From: Gemmatimonas sp.
Lineage (GTDB): Bacteria; Gemmatimonadota; Gemmatimonadetes; Gemmatimonadales; Gemmatimonadaceae
Reading direction: 5' to 3'
Assembly (NCBI GenBank): GCA_031414535.1
Contig: JANNVQ010000029.1
Coordinates: 32,001 to 96,000 of the forward strand
Length of the DNA: 64,000 bases
In this document: positions 8,051 through 16,172 of the stretch, piece after piece
Numbering within the stretch: position 1 is the first letter of the stretch
How the letters are laid out: each line of letters starts with the position of its first letter
The notes under the pieces: model-generated
What the model was told of the DNA's origin: nothing
Databases searched by the model: none
Seen by the model: the letters and a program-made list of their open reading frames with translations, nothing else
Made by a program: the position numbers and the translations under genes

Positions 8051-10111
8051 TCAGCGGCCCAGCAGGCGCAAGAGTTCGGCCTCGTCAATCACCTTTACGC
8101 CGAGCTCCTTGGCCTTTTCCAGCTTACTCCCGGCCTCTTCTCCGGCCACCACGAGGTCGGTGGCTTTCGACACCGAGCTGGTGACTTTGCCACCTGCGTT
8201 CTCAATCATTTCTGAGGCCTCGGAGCGCGAGTGCTTTGGGAAGGTACCGGTAAGGACGATTTTCATGCCCTTAAAGACACCGTCGGCGTCGGCGGATCGG
8301 GGCTCGTCCATCCGGAGGCCAGCGGACTGCAGACGACCCATCAGGTCCCGCACGGCGGGCGCGTCGAACCACTCGCGCACGGAGGCGGCCATGGTGTGGC
8401 CTACCCCGTGCAGGGCCTCAATCTGTTCGAGGCTTGCCGCAGAGAGTGCGTCCATACTGCCGAAGCTGCGCGCGAGCAACTTGGCGCTTTCCGCGCCCAC
8501 GTGTCGGATGCCAAGTGCATTCAAGAGGCGAGAGAGCGGTTGCTGCTTGGATGCGTTGATGGCTTCTACGAGCGCGGTGGCGCTCTTTGATTGGAAGCCC
8601 TGCACGCCGCTCGCATCGTCGCCCTTCTTTGGCACAAGCTGTTCGGCGCGAATCGAGTAGATGTCGGCCGCGTCATTCACCAATCCAGCGGCAATCAATT
8701 GCTCCAGTCGCTGATGACTCAGCCCGCGAATATCCATCCCTGCACGCGATACGAAGTGCGCCAGCGCCTCGAGGCGTCGCCCACTACACGCGAGATTGGG
8801 ACAGTAGCTGGCAACTTCCTCCTCGTCACGCACGGCTGCTGTTCCGCAGATGGGGCAGTGCGTGGGCACGCTCACCACGCGCTCGCTGCCATCGCGGCGC
8901 TCGGGGACTGGACCAAGAATCTGTGGAATCACTTCGCCCGCGCGCTTCACCTGCACGGTGTCGCCAATGCGCAGATCCTTCTCGGCTACCAACTCAAAGT
9001 TGTGCAACGTGGCATAGGTGATGGTCGCACCACCGACTTCCACGGGCGAGAGCACGGCGCGCGGCGTCAGCGCACCGGTGCGACCCACTTGCACCTCGAT
9101 GTCGAGCAGCCTCGTCTCGGCGATATCCGGCGCGAATTTCCGCGCCACGGCCCAGCGCGGCACACGGCCGCCGATGACACCAAGTTCCGTCTGTAACGTG
9201 AGGCGATTCACTTTTACCACGCCGCCGTCAATCGCGAATGGCAGATTGGGACGAATGGTGGACTCCAGCTCGCGTGCCCAGACGTTCACGTCCTCGAGCG
9301 TGGCGCAGGGCCGACGATGCGGCGGGGTCGGGATTCCCCACGACGCCAGGGTCTCGAGCAGTTCCCACTGGGTGGTAAAGGGCAGCGAGGGATTACCGGG
9401 CACGGCGAAGGCGTAGCCGAGGAATCGCAGAGGTTTTTTGGCAGTCTCGCGCGGATCTTTCTGCCTTAAAGCACCCGCAGCAGAATTGCGCGGGTTGGCG
9501 AACACGGGTTCACCCGCCGCCGCGCGCTCGCGATTCATGCGCTCGAAGCCATCGAACTCCATGTACACTTCGCCACGAATTTCAATGGTCTCGGGCCAGT
9601 TGCTGCCTTTGAGTTGACGCGGAACGTCAGCAACGGTGCGCAAGTTTGCCGTGACGTCCTCGCCGACTGAGCCGTTGCCGCGTGTGGCGCCAATCGTGAG
9701 CGTGCCATTCACGTAGGTGAGCGAAACCGCGGCGCCATCAATCTTGAGTTCGCAGCAGTAGCCGTCCTTGTCCACGGCATCGCCAACGATCTTCCGCAGG
9801 CGTTGATCCCACTCGGCGAGTTCTGTTTCATCGAAGGCGTTGTCCAGCGAGGCCATCGGCACCAGATGATTGTGCTTGGCCAAGTGGCTCTCGCCCACAT
9901 CGGCGCCCACACGTGCAGTGGGTGAGTCTGCCTCACGCAGTTCAGGATGGTCGCGCTCGAGCGCCTGCAGCTCACGAAACAGCTGGTCATACTCCGCATC
10001 GCTGAGCGACGGGCGGTCCTGCACGTAGTACTCCTGCTCGGCACGAACAAGCAGCGCGCGCAGCTCAGCCGCGCGCGCTGCCGGTGCCGGAGATGCTCCT
10101 CCCCGGGTCAG
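8051..10111 (-). CDS. ligA: NAD-dependent DNA ligase; start probably CTG at 10111
   Basis: ELKIDG adenylation motif, ATRGNG..GED, zinc finger, HhH, BRCT. The conserved ELR..L....YY.D helix lies upstream of the tracked GTG (10024). Confidence 0.97.
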   Translation of the reverse strand: MTRGGASPAPAARAAELRALLVRAEQEYYVQDRPSLSDAEYDQLFRELQALERDHPELREADSPTARVGADVGESHLAKHNHLVPMASLDNAFDETELAEWDQRLRKIVGDAVDKDGYCCELKIDGAAVSLTYVNGTLTIGATRGNGSVGEDVTANLRTVADVPRQLKGSNWPETIEIRGEVYMEFDGFERMNRERAAAGEPVFANPRNSAAGALRQKDPRETAKKPLRFLGYAFAVPGNPSLPFTTQWELLETLASWGIPTPPHRRPCATLEDVNVWARELESTIRPNLPFAIDGGVVKVNRLTLQTELGVIGGRVPRWAVARKFAPDIAETRLLDIEVQVGRTGALTPRAVLSPVEVGGATITYATLHNFELVAEKDLRIGDTVQVKRAGEVIPQILGPVPERRDGSERVVSVPTHCPICGTAAVRDEEEVASYCPNLACSGRRLEALAHFVSRAGMDIRGLSHQRLEQLIAAGLVNDAADIYSIRAEQLVPKKGDDASGVQGFQSKSATALVEAINASKQQPLSRLLNALGIRHVGAESAKLLARSFGSMDALSAASLEQIEALHGVGHTMAASVREWFDAPAVRDLMGRLQSAGLRMDEPRSADADGVFKGMKIVLTGTFPKHSRSEASEMIENAGGKVTSSVSKATDLVVAGEEAGSKLEKAKELGVKVIDEAELLRLLGR

Positions 10112-10632
10112 TTCGCCTCGCCTTCAGCGCCAGCTTCGGCCTCGGCGAGACCACCGTCGCGCAAAAAGGCCTCAACGTGGAACATGCCCGCTTCGCCAGC
10201 GCGCTTCACCATGCGCACGAGCGTATCGGCCGAGGTGACTTCCTCACGCTGCTCGTTCACGAACCAATCAAGGCCGTTCTTCATGATGTGGTTCTTTTCC
10301 TTGACTGCGAGGTCCACGATGTCGTTGATCTGATTCGTGACTTTAATCTCGGACTCGAGCGCCAGCTGCACGGCCGCGAGCGAGCTCTTGAAGCCCGTCT
10401 TGGGCGCCGGCACGGCCGGAATCTTAAGATCGCCGCCGCCATCGAGGATGAGGCGCACGAACTTCATGGCGTGATCGCGCTCTTCGCCAGCCTGGGTGAA
10501 GTAGTGCTTGGCCAGCATCGGCAGACCTTCAGCGTCAAAGTACGCCGCAATCACCACGTACTGGTTGCTCGCCTGCAACTCGTTGCCCACCTGAGTGTTG
10601 AGCGCGGCGTTTAGTGGCTTCGAAATCATCAT
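10108..10632 (-). CDS. ftnA: Non-heme ferritin
   Basis: LN.QV..E..AS..Y, EERDHAMK, E..VT.QIN, WFV.EQREE ferroxidase ligands; GGGAG SD before ATG 10632. Confidence 0.9.
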   Translation of the reverse strand: MMISKPLNAALNTQVGNELQASNQYVVIAAYFDAEGLPMLAKHYFTQAGEERDHAMKFVRLILDGGGDLKIPAVPAPKTGFKSSLAAVQLALESEIKVTNQINDIVDLAVKEKNHIMKNGLDWFVNEQREEVTSADTLVRMVKRAGEAGMFHVEAFLRDGGLAEAEAGAEGEAN

Positions 10633-10713
10633 GTGTGTAGACTCCCGACCGTCTTTACGGTTCATTTAAGGACAGAGGGAAATCTAACGTCCGGGCCCAG
10701 CCCGAGGCACCGC

Positions 10714-12060
10714 ATGACCGTCGTCGAACTGATCGAACGCAAACGCAACGGCGGGCGCTTGAGCGCGGGGGAACTTCGCGCCTTGATGCAATCCTATGCG
10801 GACGGCACGATTCCGGACTACCAGATGTCCGCGTTCGCCATGGCCGTGTACTTCCGCGGCATGGACGACGAGGAAATTGAGGCGCTCACCACCGCGATGC
10901 TCGAGAGCGGACGCGTCCTAGAACTCTCGCACATCAAGATTCCCAAGGTGGACAAACATTCCACCGGCGGTGTGGGCGACAAGGTCTCAATCATTCTCGC
11001 CCCCCTCGTGGCCGCCTGCGGCGTCGCCGTCCCAATGATGTCGGGGCGCGGCTTGGGCCACACCGGCGGCACGCTCGACAAGCTGGAGAGTATTCCCGGC
11101 TTCCGGACGCGACTTTCCCTCGAGGAAACCGCGGCCCAGCTCGAAAAGCTCGGCGTGGCAATGATCGGCCAGACCAAGGAAATCGCTCCGGCCGATCGCA
11201 AGTTTTACGCGCTCCGTGATGCCACGGCAACAGTGGAAGCCATTCCGCTCATCGCGGCGAGCATCATGAGTAAGAAGCTCTCCGAGGGTTTGAATGGATT
11301 GGTGCTCGATGTGAAGACGGGCGCCGGCGCGTTCATGACCAAGCTCGAGGACTCCATCAGGCTCGCGCAGACGATGATCGCGCTCGGCCAGAGGCGCGGC
11401 TGCGAGACCATTGCCCTGCTCACGGATATGGACTCGCCACTGGGCGAAGCCTGCGGCAACGCGCTCGAAGTCGAGGAGAGCATCCACTGCCTGCGCGGCG
11501 AAGGGCCCAAGGATTTGCGCGAAGTCACGCTGGCGCAGGCCGCCGAAATGCTGCTTGTGGCCAAAGTGGTGCCAACGGTGCAGGAAGGTCGGATCCGCGC
11601 CGAAGCTGCGCTTTCCTCAGGTGCGGCCTTGGACAAGTTCCGAGCCATTGTGCAGGCGCAGGGCGGACATCCGGGCGTGGTGGACAACCCCGTCGCATTG
11701 CTCCCTCGCGCTCCCATACGTGAGCGGGTCGAGGCTGCTAGGGCTGGCGTGGTGCAGCGCGTGGAGCCCCGCGTGATTGGCCGCGCCATCATCGCACTTG
11801 GCGGTGGACGGACCAAGGTGGACGACGAGATAGACCCAGCGGTCGGCATTGTGCTGCATGTGCGTCCTGGGAGCCGCGTGGCACGTGGTCAGCCTATTGC
11901 CACCGTTCACGCCAGGGACGAGGCCGGCCGCGCCGCCGCAGAGGCAGCCCTGCGCGAGGCCATAACACTTGGCGATTCCGCGCCCACACCCCGCCCCCTC
12001 ATCTCGCATCGAATCACCGCGCGGGGGGTGGAGGAACTACCCGCGTTCGGTGCACATTAA
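10714..12060 (+). CDS. pdp: Pyrimidine-nucleoside / thymidine phosphorylase
   Basis: DKHSTGGVGDK, SGRGLGHTGGTLDKLESIPG, YALRD.TATV, SIMSKK. Confidence 0.95.
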   Translation: MTVVELIERKRNGGRLSAGELRALMQSYADGTIPDYQMSAFAMAVYFRGMDDEEIEALTTAMLESGRVLELSHIKIPKVDKHSTGGVGDKVSIILAPLVAACGVAVPMMSGRGLGHTGGTLDKLESIPGFRTRLSLEETAAQLEKLGVAMIGQTKEIAPADRKFYALRDATATVEAIPLIAASIMSKKLSEGLNGLVLDVKTGAGAFMTKLEDSIRLAQTMIALGQRRGCETIALLTDMDSPLGEACGNALEVEESIHCLRGEGPKDLREVTLAQAAEMLLVAKVVPTVQEGRIRAEAALSSGAALDKFRAIVQAQGGHPGVVDNPVALLPRAPIRERVEAARAGVVQRVEPRVIGRAIIALGGGRTKVDDEIDPAVGIVLHVRPGSRVARGQPIATVHARDEAGRAAAEAALREAITLGDSAPTPRPLISHRITARGVEELPAFGAH

Positions 12061-12066
12061 AGGCCT

Positions 12067-12300
12067 ATGGAAAACTTCGAGAAGTTGGCCGCCCTCGGGG
12101 CGAAGGGAGTTGCCGGTGGCGCTATGGCCGCCTGGGCGGGTTTCGCGTACTTCACCCGCCCCGTGTCTTCCGGTGGCGTTGACCCCGTGACGCACATGGC
12201 AATCATGGCCTCGACCTTCGTGGTCTTTGGCATGATTGCGCTGACGCACTTCTGGTTTGGGATGCAGCTCGCGAAGGGCAAGGATTCGATCCGCGGCTGA
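12067..12300 (+). CDS. Small two-helix membrane protein, unknown function
   Basis: Two hydrophobic segments; AAAGG SD; 6 nt after pdp. Confidence 0.65.
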   Translation: MENFEKLAALGAKGVAGGAMAAWAGFAYFTRPVSSGGVDPVTHMAIMASTFVVFGMIALTHFWFGMQLAKGKDSIRG

Positions 12301-12324
12301 CACCACGCCGCACTGAGCGACGTA
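12298..12324 (+). promoter_or_regulatory. Putative ECF (SigW-like) promoter TGACAC-N17-CGTA
   Basis: Same motif and spacing recur at 34889-34915. Confidence 0.45.
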
Positions 12325-12360
12325 GAGGGACGACGTTCCCTCTTCGACAACCAGCCCCCA

Positions 12361-15300
12361 GTGCCGATCCCTCGCCGCATGTTGACGAGAGTCCTGACAT
12401 TCGCGCTCGCGTTCTGCCTGCCAGCGTTCGCCCCCAAGGCGCAAGAAGTTGAGGTCGTCGGCACCCTGCATACCGTCTGGCGAGACCCGCTGCGACGCGG
12501 CGACGCGCCGGTGCGGATGTTCTCGGTCACCGATGATTCTGGGCGCGTCACGCCCGTCGTAGTGACGGAGTCACAGGCCGCGGCGTACGGTGGCTTAGAC
12601 GCCCTCAATCTCCGGCGCGTGCGGTTGGCGGTCGAACGCGGACGCGCGACGGCGCTGCAGGAAGTGCAGCCTCGCACAGCGAGGCTACAGGCGTTTCTCT
12701 CTGCGGATGGGCCGCGGCTCATGCGCTATGTAACGTTGCTCTGCAAGTTCCCCGACTTCGCCGACGTGACGCCCGGCACGCTCGCCGATGCGGAGCTGAA
12801 CTTTGGGCAAGTCTACCCGGGAGCCGGACACTACTGGAACGAAGTGTCAGACGGCCAGTTGTCGCTTCAGGGGAGCATCGTGCGCGGATGGTACATGATG
12901 ACCGAGCCGCGCTCGGCGAATGTGCCGGGCTCGTACGCCAATCTCGACGCTGTGGCGCGAGACTGCGCGGCCGCCGCCGACGCCGACGTGGATTTCTCCC
13001 AGTTCCAAGGCGTCAACTTCGTCTTCAACTACCCGGTCGACTGCTGTAGCTACGGGGGCAGTGGTTCGCTGTCACTGGACGGCGGTGTACGCAGCTATGC
13101 CATGACGTGGCTCTCGCCCGTCGCTTTCCAGGGGCTCGGCACCATCGCACACGAGATCGGGCATTCACTCGGGCTGAACCACTCCAGCGGATCGTACGGT
13201 TTGGTGTATGACTCGCGCTGGGACGTGATGAGCTCGCCCGACTGGGCACCCGTGCCCGGGACTGCCAAGTTCGTGGGCGCGCATGTGAATGCCTATGGCA
13301 AGCGTCAGCTCAACTTCATTCCGGCGGAACGCGATTTTCTCGCCACGCCGGGGACACACGAGATCCTGCTCGAACGGTCTGCCTTGCCGGGGTCGAACAA
13401 CAACTATCTGATTGCGCGAATTCCCGCGCCGCGCTTTGGCCCCATGCAGTACTACACGCTCGAGGCCCGCGGCATCGGCGGCTACGATGCGCCGCTCGTG
13501 GGTGCGGGCATCGTCGTGCATCGCGTCGGTGGCGGCGGCGCGACGTCCTCGAACGTGGTGGACCTCGACGGCGATTTCGATCCCAGTGACGAGGGGGCGC
13601 TTCTCACACCGGGCGAGGAGTTCCGAGACCCGCTGCACGGCATAACGGTGCGCGTGATCGAACGGGTAGGGGACGCCTTCCGTCTGCGGCTCGATGTCGC
13701 GGCCAACCCAATGGTCACGCTCGCTTCGCCGCAGCGCCTTTATCGGGTGACGGCGGGCTCGGACAGCGTCCTCGTGGACAGTGCGCTCGTGACGCCTATC
13801 GGCATGGGGGAGGAAGCGGGCTGGACCGCGGGCAAGCTGATGAGTGGCCCCTTGTCGGTCGCGACGACGTCCGGCACCGGCAGCGGTATGCTACGTTGGT
13901 CGCTGCGCACTACTGGGCTGGCTGAAGGAGTATACGATCAGGATATCCGCGTCGCAGCAAGCGGCAGCATATGGGCGGACATGCGTATCCGGCTCGTCGT
14001 GGAGTCAGCAACGGAGCCTATGCTCGCGGTCCTCGCGCCATCGCGCCGCGACTCGGTCATCGCCGGTGGCGCGCGCGAAGTCTTCAATCCCGTGACCGTC
14101 AGTGGCGATGGCAGCGATACCACCACGTGGATAGCGACTACATCGGCGCCGTGGATTACGATGGTCGAGGACACGGGCACGGGCAGCGGCATGCTGCGGT
14201 ACCGGCGCGAGACATCGGGACTCGCACCAGGGATGTACGTGGCGCAGTTGACGCTGAGCGCGCCCGGCACGACGCTCGCGCCGCTTACCCTCATTGATTC
14301 GCTTGAAGTATTGGAATCATTGGCCTGGCGAGTCGTTGAGCGCGGTCTTACGCGCGAGACGGTAATCCAAGGAGCATTGCCAAAGCTTGACTCCATGCGT
14401 GTCGAGCTGGATGGACGCCACGGTAACTCATCGCAGTGGTATGCCATCCAACGGGGTGGGCAGTACTACTTCGTCCCAGAGTTCCCCGGACCCGTGGGCA
14501 GCGGTTGGGTACGCTTTCGTCGCACGCCCGGCGACTTAGAGCCCGGTATCTATCCGGCAAGGATTCGCGTCCACCTTGGTTTTGACTCCTCACAGGAATT
14601 CTTCGTGGAGGACACGCTCGTGGTGACCGCCGCGCCCATCGGCATCACGCTCTCCTCGAACGTGACGCGAGACAGCGTGCGCGGCGTCACCTCCTTCAGC
14701 GATGATTCGGTGTTCGTGCAGCCCACGGGCCCAGGAAGTTCGTCGCGGGCCTGGCGCGCGATGAACGCGCGGGGGCTGCTCGCCTTTCCGCTGGCCGCGG
14801 GAGTCACCCCGAACCAACGCATGGGTCCGGCGTGGCTTCGCTTCATTCGCAACCTCGCGGACCGAACCCCCGGATGGCACGTAGACACCATCCAGTTCCT
14901 TGAGGTCAGTGGTTCGCAGGTGCTGGCCACATTAATCGATAGCCTGTACGTCGCTCCCGGGCCTATGCTCACGACACTCGCGACGTCAGCGGCCAGGCGG
15001 CGCAGTGAGTTGCGCGCCGGCAGCACGCGTGCGCTCGAGGACACAGTACTGGTGATTGCCAGCGGCGACGAGTCCGAACAAGTGCAGTGGACTGCTGCGA
15101 CTTCATCGCGATTCACGTCACTGATTACTCCATCTGGAAACGGCACTGCGGCCTTACGTTGGAGTCGTTCGGCCGCTGGGCTGGCCCCAGGATGGCACGT
15201 GGACACGATTCGTGTGTCGGCGGCGAGTGTGGGTGCCAGCACGATGATCGTGGACTCGCTGTGGGCGTATGCTGCGCTCGCGGTCTCAGGCGCCACGCAG

Positions 15301-15759
15301 CGTCCCGCGGCAATGATGGGCGCGCCCTTTGCCGACACGCTGCGCAGCAGCGGCGGACCGAGCGCGCCGCCTGTCTGGTCCATCGCTGACGGGGCATTGC
15401 CCGCAGGACTCACATTCAATGCAGCCTTGGCTCGCGTGCAGGGCATCGCCGAGACTAGCGGTAGCTTTAGCGTGACCGTGCGGGCCGTCGCAGGTGCAGA
15501 TACCGCACTGCGCGCATTGGAGTTTGTCGTCGTCGAACCGACGCTGATCGCCGGCGCGGTGGTGGAGCAGCTCCTCGGCGGGACCCCGCTCAGCGAAGAC
15601 CAGCGGCGATACTTAGACCTCCAAGGCAACCGCAATGGACGCCCAGACATTGGCGACGTGCGCGCCTGGCGTCGGCGCCAAGCCTTAACGCTCACCGCCG
15701 CACAACGCGCCGAGCTTGATAGCGTGATTGGCTCACCGACGCCGGAGAAGAAACCGTGA
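12361..15759 (+). CDS. Secreted M6-like zinc metallopeptidase with about 5 BACON/Ig-like repeats, an Ig domain and a C-terminal dockerin/EF-hand-like tail
   Basis: Signal peptide, HEIGHSLGLNH with Met-turn WDVMS, repeated L.PG.Y/H...I, WSIADGALPAGL, and YLDLQGNRNGRPDIGD. Confidence 0.8.
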   Translation: MPIPRRMLTRVLTFALAFCLPAFAPKAQEVEVVGTLHTVWRDPLRRGDAPVRMFSVTDDSGRVTPVVVTESQAAAYGGLDALNLRRVRLAVERGRATALQEVQPRTARLQAFLSADGPRLMRYVTLLCKFPDFADVTPGTLADAELNFGQVYPGAGHYWNEVSDGQLSLQGSIVRGWYMMTEPRSANVPGSYANLDAVARDCAAAADADVDFSQFQGVNFVFNYPVDCCSYGGSGSLSLDGGVRSYAMTWLSPVAFQGLGTIAHEIGHSLGLNHSSGSYGLVYDSRWDVMSSPDWAPVPGTAKFVGAHVNAYGKRQLNFIPAERDFLATPGTHEILLERSALPGSNNNYLIARIPAPRFGPMQYYTLEARGIGGYDAPLVGAGIVVHRVGGGGATSSNVVDLDGDFDPSDEGALLTPGEEFRDPLHGITVRVIERVGDAFRLRLDVAANPMVTLASPQRLYRVTAGSDSVLVDSALVTPIGMGEEAGWTAGKLMSGPLSVATTSGTGSGMLRWSLRTTGLAEGVYDQDIRVAASGSIWADMRIRLVVESATEPMLAVLAPSRRDSVIAGGAREVFNPVTVSGDGSDTTTWIATTSAPWITMVEDTGTGSGMLRYRRETSGLAPGMYVAQLTLSAPGTTLAPLTLIDSLEVLESLAWRVVERGLTRETVIQGALPKLDSMRVELDGRHGNSSQWYAIQRGGQYYFVPEFPGPVGSGWVRFRRTPGDLEPGIYPARIRVHLGFDSSQEFFVEDTLVVTAAPIGITLSSNVTRDSVRGVTSFSDDSVFVQPTGPGSSSRAWRAMNARGLLAFPLAAGVTPNQRMGPAWLRFIRNLADRTPGWHVDTIQFLEVSGSQVLATLIDSLYVAPGPMLTTLATSAARRRSELRAGSTRALEDTVLVIASGDESEQVQWTAATSSRFTSLITPSGNGTAALRWSRSAAGLAPGWHVDTIRVSAASVGASTMIVDSLWAYAALAVSGATQRPAAMMGAPFADTLRSSGGPSAPPVWSIADGALPAGLTFNAALARVQGIAETSGSFSVTVRAVAGADTALRALEFVVVEPTLIAGAVVEQLLGGTPLSEDQRRYLDLQGNRNGRPDIGDVRAWRRRQALTLTAAQRAELDSVIGSPTPEKKP

Positions 15760-16172
15760 AGAGGATTCCGCTCCGCACACTGTGGCTCGCGCTCGTCGCA
15801 GCCCTGTTCTCAGGCTCCTGCGCCGACGGCCCCACCGCACCGAGGCCTGAGCCGGGATCGCTGATCGTCAGCTTTACGACCCCCAACGTCGATGACCGCG
15901 CGGCGATGTTCACGGTGGTGCTCCCTCCCGGAACGACCACGGGTAGCCCGGTACTCAGCGCGTCGGGTCTCGAGGTATTCCACCGTCGTGTGGCCGACAC
16001 CCTTCGCGTCGCAGTCTTCGGCGCCATCCCAAGCGGTGAGCTTCTGCGCATCGCTGTTCCAGATCTTCGGCAGGTTCCGCGTATGACTGTGAGCCTTCTC
16101 GAAGTGGCCGCGGAGAATGACGCACTGCGTGAGTCATTCTCTGGCTACACCATCAGAGTCTCACGGCCTTAG
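15756..16172 (+). CDS. Small beta-rich lipoprotein translationally coupled to the protease
   Basis: Signal peptide ending FSGSC, Pro-rich linker, GTGA overlap. Confidence 0.75.
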   Translation: MKRIPLRTLWLALVAALFSGSCADGPTAPRPEPGSLIVSFTTPNVDDRAAMFTVVLPPGTTTGSPVLSASGLEVFHRRVADTLRVAVFGAIPSGELLRIAVPDLRQVPRMTVSLLEVAAENDALRESFSGYTIRVSRP

